This document shows, in pieces, positions 1 through 8,019 of a stretch of DNA of 64,000 bases. A program made the translations under genes and the position numbers. Under the pieces are notes generated by a model, which did not search any database, was not told the DNA's origin, and worked only from the letters and a program-made list of their open reading frames with translations. The stretch covers positions 11,853 to 75,852 of the forward strand of contig DATJLR010000003.1 in the NCBI GenBank assembly GCA_035509435.1. The letters are read 5' to 3'. The first letter of the stretch is position 1, and each line of letters starts with the position of its first letter. Source of the DNA: Minisyncoccota bacterium (GTDB lineage Bacteria; Patescibacteriota; Minisyncoccia; UBA6257; 2-01-FULL-56-20).

Positions 1-95
1 CCGCGACGGTAAAGTTCAAGAACGGCATCCTCACGGTCACGCTGCCCAAAGCGAACAAGAAGAAGACCCGCAAGCTCAAGGTTCGCCTGGAATAA
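1..95 (+). CDS. Hsp20/alpha-crystallin family small heat-shock protein, 3' end (partial; start upstream of window)
   Basis: In-frame translation ...TVKFKNGILTVTLPKANKKKTRKLKVRLE* matches the conserved Hsp20 C-terminal 'NGVLTVTLPK' motif; stop TAA at 93-95. Confidence 0.55.
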   Translation, partial: ATVKFKNGILTVTLPKANKKKTRKLKVRLE

Positions 96-171
96 ACGCC
101 AAGCGCCGGTTCGCTTGCATAAATCGCCCCTTTCGCCTATAATAGGGTGAACAAAGCCAATCACTACTCCC

Positions 172-402
172 ATGAGGAAATGCGCACGATGCGGAAAAAC
201 TTCACAGATGCAGGGCGCGCGCAAACTTTTGCGCGGCCACTATAACCCCGTCAACTGGTCCCGCAAGTACCCCAACTTGCAGTACGCCACGGTGGACGGC
301 AAGCGCATGCTTGTGTGCACCACCTGCCTGCGCACGATCCACAAAGCCCCGCGCAAGGCGCTGAAGGCAAAAGCGCCCGTAGCGATGGCCGAGGCAAAAT
401 AA
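172..402 (+). CDS. rpmB: 50S ribosomal protein bL28
   Basis: 76 aa; 'C-x2-C ... NPNLQ ... VCTTCLRT' zinc-ribbon pattern typical of bL28; basic composition. Confidence 0.85.
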   Translation: MRKCARCGKTSQMQGARKLLRGHYNPVNWSRKYPNLQYATVDGKRMLVCTTCLRTIHKAPRKALKAKAPVAMAEAK

Positions 403-414
403 TATAATCCTCCC

Positions 415-777
415 ATGGCATCACCGGAAACATTTCGCCCCCAAGAGAACCTTCCTCCGGAATTGCCAAAATCTGGTCATTTAAAAAGCCAGCTGGGAAA
501 GTATGTCTCGTCATCCGAGACGAAGGTTCCTCAGGATAAAATGGCTTGGGCACGCATCCTTATTCAAAAACTTCCCGACAACTATAAAGGGATGGTCACT
601 GAGTTCATCGTCGGACTCCCCTTTGAAGATCGTCAAAAGGCAGCCGAACACCTTTCGGGATTGATCGAAGGAATGGGAGATCAAATCTGGCGATCCAAGT
701 ATCCCAAAGTAGAGATCCAGCGATGCCTTGAGGAAACTGACCGCTGGTTGCGGGTGGACGACAAGGAGGCAGCGTAA
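415..777 (+). CDS. hypothetical protein (inside low-GC insertion)
   Basis: 120-aa ORF with ~50% GC, lower than flanking core genes; no recognisable motif. Confidence 0.35.
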   Translation: MASPETFRPQENLPPELPKSGHLKSQLGKYVSSSETKVPQDKMAWARILIQKLPDNYKGMVTEFIVGLPFEDRQKAAEHLSGLIEGMGDQIWRSKYPKVEIQRCLEETDRWLRVDDKEAA

Positions 778-782
778 AAAAA

Positions 783-1556
783 TCAGCGAAAATTTTTCCG
801 ATCAAGCGTACTTGTCGGATAGATATCTTTTGGATAAATTTCGATAAGCCGAAGGTTTCTTTCCGCGCAAAATCTTCGCTTTTTCTCAAGCCTGCCGTCG
901 TATTTATTTTGTACGCCCGCCAACCCAAAAAATTCTACGACGATATTTGGCTGGATAAAGAAATCTGCGGTCATCTTAGTATCGCCATAGCGCCAGTGCC
1001 GCTCGTGCATAATATGCTTTTTCAGAAGCCAATCATCGATAACCTTCTCTGTAAATGAATCACATGGATGGCCATCGTCCGCAATGAACTTCCTTGCAAA
1101 TTGAACAGGATTTGCGTCGAATCCCGCGGCAATGATCGCCTGATTCCAGCCGCCAAACTCCCTTTTGAAAACCTTAAAGGAATTAAATTCGCGCTTGAGA
1201 GGTATGCGCCCATTCTTGCGATGAAATTCCTTAATTTTTTCAAGGAGGTCTTGGCGTGTATATCTTATAGGAGACCAAAACTCCTTTAGTTTGCGCCTCG
1301 CTCGCTCTTTTTCTTCGTCAGTCCACTCGTGCTGATGCCGCCTTTTTTGAATTTCGATATGTTGCTGTAATGACAACACTATTCCTTGGACCCAAATATT
1401 TACCGTACTCACGCTAACGTTTAATTCTCTGGCTATTTCGCGGTGAGTGCTTCCTCCCGATCGTAATTCTCGTGCTTTTTCCCGGATTGAAGAAGGGTAC
1501 CGCATTCCATTTCTTTTTTTTGCTATTTTCATGGATCCATTATAGAATTCATACAT
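783..1556 (-). CDS. stand-alone homing-endonuclease-like protein (N-terminal HTH + homing-endonuclease-associated repeat + C-terminal PD-(D/E)XK/Vsr-like nuclease)
   Basis: 257 aa, low GC. N-terminal 'GGSTHREIARELNVSVSTVNIW' HTH. 'LLEKIKEFHRKNGRIPLKREF...FKREFGGWNQAIIAAGF' fits the HE-associated repeat. C-terminal 'ADFFIQPNIVVEFFG...KKRRFCAERNLRLIEIY' is endonuclease-like. Confidence 0.55.
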   Translation of the reverse strand: MYEFYNGSMKIAKKRNGMRYPSSIREKARELRSGGSTHREIARELNVSVSTVNIWVQGIVLSLQQHIEIQKRRHQHEWTDEEKERARRKLKEFWSPIRYTRQDLLEKIKEFHRKNGRIPLKREFNSFKVFKREFGGWNQAIIAAGFDANPVQFARKFIADDGHPCDSFTEKVIDDWLLKKHIMHERHWRYGDTKMTADFFIQPNIVVEFFGLAGVQNKYDGRLEKKRRFCAERNLRLIEIYPKDIYPTSTLDRKNFR

Positions 1557-1571
1557 TAAAAATATATTAAG

Positions 1572-1642
1572 CGGGCTGTGGCGTAGTGGTAGCGCACGTC
1601 CATGGGGTGGATGAGGCCCGGATCCGATTTCCGGCAGCCCGA
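1572..1642 (+). tRNA. tRNA-Pro (anticodon GGG)
   Basis: Manual cloverleaf: acceptor CGGGCTG/CAGCCCG; D-arm GCGT-AGTGGTA-GCGC; anticodon arm CGTCC-AUGGGGU-GGATG (GGG at 1604-1606); variable AGGC; T-arm CCGGA-TCCGATT-TCCGG; discriminator A; no encoded CCA. The T-loop has C at position 55 instead of the near-universal U. Confidence 0.75.
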
Positions 1643-1646
1643 CAAG

Positions 1647-1709
1647 AAAACAAAAGCAGCCCTTCGCCTCCAGGCAAATGACCGTTCGGCGAAGGGCTGC
1701 TTTTGTTTT
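1647..1709. terminator. perfect 22-bp inverted repeat (A-run/hairpin/T-run), bidirectional terminator downstream of tRNA-Pro
   Basis: AAAACAAAAGCAGCCCTTCGCC-(19 nt loop)-GGCGAAGGGCTGCTTTTGTTTT. Confidence 0.6.
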
Positions 1710-1720
1710 AATGCGGTATA

Positions 1721-2617
1721 ATGGAGGATATGGAACAGGAATTCATTCTGAACGCGCAGAACGAGCTCACGGAGAACATCATCTATCACCGGCTCGCGCT
1801 CATGGAGCGGAACCCGGCCAACCGTGCGGCGCTTGAACGGCTTTCGGCACAGGAAAAAACGCATTACGAGTTCTGGAAATCGCTCCTGCCGGAAGCCGAG
1901 GGGGCGCGCATCCGCGCCCGGTGGCGCACCGTCTCGTGGATATGGATCATGCGCACCCTGTTCGGCGTGACGTTCATCACCAAGCTTCTTGAGACGCACG
2001 AGAACGATGCGGTGCAAAAATATGAGAGCATCATGGGATCGATCCCTGCGGACCGCAAGCAGCGGTTTGCCGAGATCATCGAGGATGAACGCTCGCACGA
2101 GCGGGCGCTGATCGCCCAGCTCAAAGAGAAGCGCGTGAGCTATATGGGATTCATCGTGCTCGGCCTCGCGGACGCGATCGTGGAGATCACGGGGGTCCAT
2201 GCCGGATTCCTGGGCGTCACCGGCTCCACGCTCATCGCGGGCGTCGCGGGCGTGATCGTCGGATTCGCCGCCGCGATCTCGATGGGCTCGGCAGGATACC
2301 TGCAGGCCAAGCAGGACCCGGAAAAATCCGCACTCCTCTCCGGCTTCATCACGTGGGCTTCGTACTTCTGTTCCGTCATCCTCCTTGCGCTCCCCTACTT
2401 CTTGATCCGCGTGATGGTCCCCGCCTTCATCATTTCCACGTCGGTGGGCATCGTGCTCGTGGCGGGGTTCACGTTCTACGGCGCCATCGTCTTCGACCGC
2501 AAATTCTGGCGCGAGTTCGGCGAAACGGTCGGCCTGATGCTCGCGACCGCGCTTGCCACATTCCTTCTCGGCACCGTCGTCGGCAATATCTTTCACGTCC
2601 ACCCGTCGAGCTTTTAA
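1721..2617 (+). CDS. membrane-bound ferritin-like protein (erythrin/ferritin-like N-domain fused to VIT1/CCC1 iron-transporter domain; MbfA-like)
   Basis: 298 aa; N-terminal rubrerythrin-like 'ER...EKTHYEFW...EDERSHE' pairs; C-terminal multi-TM VIT1-like region. TATAAT at 1714-1719 and GGAGGA directly upstream. Confidence 0.75.
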   Translation: MEDMEQEFILNAQNELTENIIYHRLALMERNPANRAALERLSAQEKTHYEFWKSLLPEAEGARIRARWRTVSWIWIMRTLFGVTFITKLLETHENDAVQKYESIMGSIPADRKQRFAEIIEDERSHERALIAQLKEKRVSYMGFIVLGLADAIVEITGVHAGFLGVTGSTLIAGVAGVIVGFAAAISMGSAGYLQAKQDPEKSALLSGFITWASYFCSVILLALPYFLIRVMVPAFIISTSVGIVLVAGFTFYGAIVFDRKFWREFGETVGLMLATALATFLLGTVVGNIFHVHPSSF

Positions 2618-2637
2618 AATAATTTAACACGCCCACT

Positions 2638-2979
2638 ATGATCATCGATAATCTCTCCAAAGGCCATTGCGTCCCCTGCGAAGGCGGCATGCCGCCGCTC
2701 GACCACGAGTATGTGCAAAAATATTCCGCACAAGTGCCTGAGTGGAACGTGTCCGGCGACGAAAAGAAGCTCTCGCGCGAATTCACGTTCAAGGATTTCG
2801 TGCAAGCGATGAAATTCGTGAATGCCGTGGCGGACGTCGCGCAAGCCGAAGGCCACCATCCCGACATTTATATCTTTTACAACAAGGTCCGTTTCGACCT
2901 GACCACCCACGCAATGGGCGGCCTCTCCGAAAACGACTTCATCCTTGCGGCGAAGATCGATCAGATAAAACCTTTGTAA
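2638..2979 (+). CDS. pterin-4a-carbinolamine dehydratase (PCD/DCoH)
   Basis: 113 aa; 'EGHHPDIYIFYNKVRFDLTTH...GLSENDF' matches the PCD signature. Confidence 0.85.
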   Translation: MIIDNLSKGHCVPCEGGMPPLDHEYVQKYSAQVPEWNVSGDEKKLSREFTFKDFVQAMKFVNAVADVAQAEGHHPDIYIFYNKVRFDLTTHAMGGLSENDFILAAKIDQIKPL

Positions 2980-3002
2980 AATAGGACCTACTAGAACATA
3001 AC

Positions 3003-3031
3003 TTGACAAATATATATAGTCATCATATAAT
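3003..3031 (+). promoter_or_regulatory. sigma70-type promoter with perfect consensus elements
   Basis: TTGACA (3003-3008), 17-nt spacer, TATAAT (3026-3031); followed by RBS AAGGAGG (3092-3098) and ATG at 3107. Confidence 0.5.
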
Positions 3032-3106
3032 ATACCCAGCCATTTATCACGTAAGGGCTTTATCAATCTGCAGTTCAGTTTAGTTCAGCCCAAGGAGGGC
3101 AAAACC

Positions 3107-3853
3107 ATGATGCAGGCTCGCGTGCAGTCGCTTTTTGTCGTGCGGGGAAATGAAAATATCCCCTCCCCAAAGAATTCCACCCTCAAGCACAGCTCCATGA
3201 CGCCGGGGCGTACGCGGTACCTGAGGCCCTGCCGGACCACGATGGACCTTGCCAGAACTTTCGGCGGAACCTTCGTTACCGGGGGCGAGCGCGGGCGCAA
3301 AGCCTGCCTCATTCCGGAGAACGAGGACACCGTATTCGATCAGGAATTCCTCACCGCCAATGACCCCTTCAGCCGGCCTGCCGTTTCTCTTGACGAACTG
3401 GCAGGACTGCAGGCTTCGATGGAACTTGGCTACGACGATGAGGACGAAGACACCCTCGCGCGGCGCCTCTCGGATCCCGATGTCCAGCTGAACCAGGCCC
3501 AGATCGACCGGGTGGTGGACGTCGTCCGGGAAGATCCGGCGGTCCTGATCGCTCTGTACCACATGGGAATCCACGCCGACGGCGTGGACGACCGGAAGGC
3601 CAAACAGCTGGCCCGCCTCAAGACCTTCGGTCTTTTCATGCGGGTCTGCGCGACCATGATGGCGGCCGACGGGAAAGAGAGCGTGAACCGGATGCTCTCA
3701 ATGCACCGGGACCCGATCAGCGGCAAAACACTGCTCTCGTGCCTCGCGGCCCTCGCTCGCAAAGAGAAGAAGGAAGACCATCGCCATTTCACGGCGGCGA
3801 ACATCATGACGGCCCTGGGGCACACCAACCCCTTTGCGTCGTACCTCCGGTAA
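3107..3853 (+). CDS. hypothetical protein
   Basis: 248-aa ORF with strong SD AAGGAGG 8 nt upstream; acidic central region; no recognisable domain. Confidence 0.55.
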   Translation: MMQARVQSLFVVRGNENIPSPKNSTLKHSSMTPGRTRYLRPCRTTMDLARTFGGTFVTGGERGRKACLIPENEDTVFDQEFLTANDPFSRPAVSLDELAGLQASMELGYDDEDEDTLARRLSDPDVQLNQAQIDRVVDVVREDPAVLIALYHMGIHADGVDDRKAKQLARLKTFGLFMRVCATMMAADGKESVNRMLSMHRDPISGKTLLSCLAALARKEKKEDHRHFTAANIMTALGHTNPFASYLR

Positions 3854-3874
3854 AGCCAGCCAGATACACAACTT

Positions 3875-3920
3875 AAAACGGCCTCGCGCAAACCAGCGCC
3901 CGGCCGTTTTTTCTTTTTAC
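3875..3920 (+). terminator. intrinsic terminator after 3107..3853
   Basis: AAAACGGCC-tcGCGCaaaccaGCGCc-GGCCGTTTTTTCTTTTT; hairpin plus T-tract. Confidence 0.5.
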
Positions 3921-4331
3921 AAAACCCGAGTGTTTAAAAATGTCGGCGAGGCGAAGAGTGCCGACGAAAGCGTACCTCGCGTACGCTGAGGAGGCACGAT
4001 GAAGCCGCAGCCACATTTTAAAGCAGGAGCTATCCAGCAATACGCTCGTGCCAAACAAAAACACCCTGCGCTGGCTTCCCGTTTGAGAAAAAGCCAATGC
4101 AGGGTGTTTTTGTTGAATCCCGTCAGATTTCTGGCGTAACAGCCAGGTGGGTGAGCTCAACTGCGGCCCACGGGCGGCAGAGATAATCGCTCTCCCTCTT
4201 AATATTGTTTGATCCGAAATCTGTGCGGGATCTATTTCCATTATACCACCCCTCCGCTGAAAGATATCAAGTGCATAATCCGCGTCAGAAAACTGGAAAA
4301 GAAGGCCAAATTGGACTAGAATCCAAGGGCT

Positions 4332-5693
4332 ATGAAACTCCAAACGCGGAGGCGCATATTCTATGTGTTCATCCTTTTGTTCGTGGTGATCGGCGCGGCC
4401 GTCGTGCTCTACGCGGAGGGCTGGCGCCTTGACCTTTCTACGCTGCAGGCCGAAAAGGCCGGCGGGGTTTACGTGCGCTCGTATCCCTCAAGCGCGACGA
4501 TCACGCTGGGCGGCAAGCCGATCCAGAACCAGTCGGCGTTCCTGAGCAGCGGGACGTTCATCTCCGGACTCCTCCCGAAGACCTATACGCTCAAACTCTC
4601 GGCGCCAGGCTATGACGCATGGATCGAGGCCGTGCCCGTCACGCCCACACTTGTCACGGAAATGAAGTATGCCGTGCTTGTTCCCGCATCATCCACCGCG
4701 ATCACAACGAGCAGTCCGGTAAGCGATTACTTCCAGGCGGACGGCGGCGTAGTGACGGAAAGCGGCGGTGCGATCACGTGGCTCGGCAAAACGATCGGGC
4801 ATGGCACGATCATAAGCCACAGCACCGACCTCAAGACCGCCGTCATCCGATCCGTGAACGCCAAGACCGGCGCAGCATCATACTCGCTCTATAACTTTAC
4901 GAACAACACCAGCACTCCCCTTTCCGCGGCGCTCGCCGGCGCGGGCATCCGGCTGACGGCGACGACCAACCTATTCATCGATCCATATGACGACACGGCA
5001 GTCTTCGCGCAGACCGCGGCGAGGATCGTGCGGATCGATGCCGGAACCCTCCGCGCAACGACGGTCACGACGGCGCCGGCCGGCGAGACGATCGAAACCC
5101 CCATCGCCGTCTCGCCGTCCGTTATGGCGTGGGCGCTTTTCTCGGCGCCTTCTCCCTCCACGGGTACAACGGGGTCTTCGCGCATCGTGGTCTATGATAA
5201 ATTCTCCGGCAACACCGTGGACAGCTCGCTCACGGTGCCCGGCGCCGTCAAGCAGCTCGCCTGGGTCCGGAACAACGCGCTCGGCGTGCTCGAGAACACC
5301 AACGCGCTGTACCTTTATAACGTGTCGGCCGAACATCTCTCGGTGCTCGCGGATGACGTAAAGCAGTTCTACCCCGCGGCGGACGGCAATGCGGTGGCGG
5401 CGCTCGAATACGATAGCTTGGAAATATTCTCGTTCGTGAGCGGGCAGCCCAGCTATTATCGCTTTACCCTTCCGGAGACCGCGAATGTGCAGGGTCTCGC
5501 GTGGTACAAAGATGACGCGCACCTTTTTGTGGAATATCAGAACCACGTTTCGTTCCTTGACCTTGCCGACACGGCGCTCAAGAACCTTACGACCATTTCG
5601 GACGGCACCGACGCGTCGTATGACGCGCAGGAAAACTCTCTTTATATCATCGATCCGGCGCAGGAACTGATCCGATTCGACTTCCCTCAATAG
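4332..5693 (+). CDS. membrane-anchored PEGA-domain protein with beta-rich extracellular region
   Basis: 453 aa; N-terminal TM helix; 'VYVRSYPSSATITLGGKPI...YTLKLSAPGYDAW' is a PEGA motif. Confidence 0.65.
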   Translation: MKLQTRRRIFYVFILLFVVIGAAVVLYAEGWRLDLSTLQAEKAGGVYVRSYPSSATITLGGKPIQNQSAFLSSGTFISGLLPKTYTLKLSAPGYDAWIEAVPVTPTLVTEMKYAVLVPASSTAITTSSPVSDYFQADGGVVTESGGAITWLGKTIGHGTIISHSTDLKTAVIRSVNAKTGAASYSLYNFTNNTSTPLSAALAGAGIRLTATTNLFIDPYDDTAVFAQTAARIVRIDAGTLRATTVTTAPAGETIETPIAVSPSVMAWALFSAPSPSTGTTGSSRIVVYDKFSGNTVDSSLTVPGAVKQLAWVRNNALGVLENTNALYLYNVSAEHLSVLADDVKQFYPAADGNAVAALEYDSLEIFSFVSGQPSYYRFTLPETANVQGLAWYKDDAHLFVEYQNHVSFLDLADTALKNLTTISDGTDASYDAQENSLYIIDPAQELIRFDFPQ

Positions 5694-6250
5694 TTGCCAC
5701 GACGGCCCTCCTCCCGCACTGCTTCCGGATAATTATCGCCCATCACATGACGGCGCGCGCGCATAAGGAGTTCCTTCTGCACGAGCCGCGCCTTCGTCTT
5801 CCCTACCGCCGGCAGAATGATCTTATTATGCGCCGCATCGCGCTCCGACCCGTTCATAAAGATGACCACCTGGCTCACGCCGGCGATTCGATCAAGCGGT
5901 CCGCGCTGGATGCTCACGTTCTGGATCTGGTGATAAAGCGCCGCGAGCTCGGTGCGCATGACATATCCGTAGGTCATCACAAAGGCCTCGTCGGTAAAGG
6001 TATACGTATAAAAACGATACTCCATCCAGGTCCACAAAAGCACCACCAAAAGATAGAGCACGCTAAAGAGCGCGAGGAGATCCACTGCATACTGAACGAA
6101 CGGTAGGTAATCGGGTGGCACCCACCGCTCGCTGTACCAGGCGGCGATGGTCAGGACAAAGAAAAAAATCGCGAGCTTTATCCGCTTCGACAGAAACAGG
6201 AGGAATGCGCGCTTGCCAAGCGAATGTTTTTGGTGGTTCTCAATCCCCAT
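5687..6250 (-). CDS. bacterial PH-domain (YdbS/YdbT-like, DUF304) membrane protein
   Basis: 187 aa; two TM helices followed by 'YTFTDEAFVMTYGYVMRTELAALYHQIQNVSIQRGPLDRIAGVSQVVIF', typical of membrane-flanked bPH_2 domains. Confidence 0.6.
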   Translation of the reverse strand: MGIENHQKHSLGKRAFLLFLSKRIKLAIFFFVLTIAAWYSERWVPPDYLPFVQYAVDLLALFSVLYLLVVLLWTWMEYRFYTYTFTDEAFVMTYGYVMRTELAALYHQIQNVSIQRGPLDRIAGVSQVVIFMNGSERDAAHNKIILPAVGKTKARLVQKELLMRARRHVMGDNYPEAVREEGRRGNY

Positions 6251-6300
6251 AACAATATCCCATAGATATATTATAATACATCTATAGCTACCCCGCTCTT

Positions 6301-6753
6301 ATGAAACTTTCCCACTCCCTGCGCGTCATCATATTTCTGCTCCGCCTCGCGCTCGGGATCGACCTTTTTTACCTCGGATTTGGCACTCTTTTCAGCCCTA
6401 CGCTCGGAATGGCCATCCGTGCGCAATCATTCGGCAACATCTATTCCTGGCTTGCGGCGCCCGCGGCGCAGGGCGGCTGGATACAGCCGGTGGCGCAGTG
6501 GGCATTCCTGATCATCGGCATCTGCCTGATCGTCGGCCTTCTCACGCGCATCGCATCCGTTGCGGGCATCGTGCTTGTGCTTCTAAGCTACCTTCCCACC
6601 GTCAGCTTTTCCGCGTTCAGCGCCGCGCAATTCATCAATGATGAGGTGATCGTCGTCATCTGCCTGCTCATCCTCATCTTCGCGAACGCCGGCAAGTATC
6701 TTGGCCTCGACTCGTTCATCCACATCGGCTCTTCAAAACACTCCGGAAAATAA
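6301..6753 (+). CDS. DoxX-family membrane protein
   Basis: 150 aa, four TM segments, 'RLALGIDLFYLGFGTLF' DoxX-like N-terminus. Confidence 0.65.
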   Translation: MKLSHSLRVIIFLLRLALGIDLFYLGFGTLFSPTLGMAIRAQSFGNIYSWLAAPAAQGGWIQPVAQWAFLIIGICLIVGLLTRIASVAGIVLVLLSYLPTVSFSAFSAAQFINDEVIVVICLLILIFANAGKYLGLDSFIHIGSSKHSGK

Positions 6754-6815
6754 AAGTGTCGCCCTGTTGAGCGAGTGGGCATTCCGACGCCGGAGCGAAA
6801 CAGGGCGACACTTTT
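6752..6815. terminator. bidirectional hairpin between convergent DoxX gene and eno
   Basis: AAAAGTGTCGCCCTGTT-(30 nt)-AACAGGGCGACACTTTT, 17-bp stem flanked by A/T runs. Confidence 0.5.
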
Positions 6816-8019
6816 ATTTTCCGGCCTCCACTTCGATCGCCAACAGCCGGTTATATTTTGCGATGCGCTCGCCCCGCGCGGGAGCGCCGAGCTTGAAGCC
6901 GTCTGCGGCAACGCCATAAGCGAAGTCCGCTATGAAGTCGTCGTTCGTCTCCCCGCTGCGGTGCGATACGACGACCGCCCAGCGGTATGCGCGCGCCAGG
7001 CGCACCGCGTTCAGCGCTTCGGTGACCGTCCCTATCTGGTTCGGCTTTATGATGACGGCGTTCACGCTACCCTTCGCTCGCGCCATTTCCATCCGGTCGG
7101 TGTTCGTCGTCGTCAGATCGTCGCCCGCGATCCAGAGCTTGCCATCGCCGCGTGCGCCATTGTTCGCCGCGGTGATCGCTGCAAAATTCTTGAAATCGTT
7201 CTCCGGGAACGGATCTTCAATATAGAGCGGCGAAAATTCTTTGATCAATTTTTTGTACGCATTGCCGAGCTGCTGGCGCGACAGCCCTTTGATGTCAGTC
7301 GCCGCGGCATCCATGCCAAGGTCGATCTTTTTATCAAGTTTTATTTTTCGCGCGGCGGCGCGGATCAGCTGGAACGGCTCGAGGTCGCTCTTGAAGTTCG
7401 GCGCAAAGCCGCCTTCGTCGCCCAGATTTGCCGCATCGCTCCCCTTCGCGCGCACAAGCGCCGCGCCGAGCGCGTGGTAGACGCGCGTGCCGATACCGAT
7501 TGAGTCGCTGATCGTCCGCGCCCGCGGAATTATTAAATATTCCTGAAAATGCAGGTTGTTGCCGGCATGCAGGCCGCCGTTCACGACGTTCATAAAGAGG
7601 CGCGGGCGCAGCGTCTTTGCTATCGGATCCACCCAGATGCCGTACACGTCGCGGATGTGGCGCCACAGCCACACTTTGCGTGAAAGCGCGTTCGCGCGCA
7701 GGAACGCGATCGATACCGCAAGCATCGCGTTCGCGCCAAGATGCGACTTCGTCTTCGTGCCGTCCAGGCGCACCAGGAACTCGTCCACCGCGGCCTGGTC
7801 CAAAAAATCTTTGTGGATGATGCGCGTCGCGATCGTGGTGTTCACGTTCCGCACTGCCGCGGCGATGGGCAATGCGCGCGCTTCCGTCGCGCCCGTGCTC
7901 TTTCCCTGCGGCACCGACGCCACGGCGCGCGCGCCGTTCTGCAGCGTGAGCGCCGCCTGCACGGTCCACTGCCCGCGGGAATCGAGGATGGGATATGCTT
8001 TGACGGAGCTTATTTTCAT
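6814..8019 (-). CDS. eno: enolase (phosphopyruvate hydratase)
   Basis: 401 aa; 'SHRSGETNDDFIADFAYG' enolase signature and an N-terminal region typical of enolase. Confidence 0.95.
   Translation of the reverse strand: MKISSVKAYPILDSRGQWTVQAALTLQNGARAVASVPQGKSTGATEARALPIAAAVRNVNTTIATRIIHKDFLDQAAVDEFLVRLDGTKTKSHLGANAMLAVSIAFLRANALSRKVWLWRHIRDVYGIWVDPIAKTLRPRLFMNVVNGGLHAGNNLHFQEYLIIPRARTISDSIGIGTRVYHALGAALVRAKGSDAANLGDEGGFAPNFKSDLEPFQLIRAAARKIKLDKKIDLGMDAAATDIKGLSRQQLGNAYKKLIKEFSPLYIEDPFPENDFKNFAAITAANNGARGDGKLWIAGDDLTTTNTDRMEMARAKGSVNAVIIKPNQIGTVTEALNAVRLARAYRWAVVVSHRSGETNDDFIADFAYGVAADGFKLGAPARGERIAKYNRLLAIEVEAGK

Noticed and set aside
1556-2602. 348-aa ORF antisense to the MbfA-like gene, plus many similar long antisense/alternate-frame ORFs (e.g. 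14119..15144, 16298..17257, 18831..20333, 29744..31255, 37456..38949, 58895..60025, 60038..60832).
   Set aside because: All are Arg/Ala/Gly-rich products typical of high-GC antisense frames, overlap strongly supported genes on the other strand, and lack RBS or domain signatures.
3873-4343. 156-aa minus-strand ORF spanning the long spacer.
   Set aside because: No RBS, odd composition, and it runs through terminator and hairpin structures. The region is more plausibly non-coding or holds a much smaller ORF.
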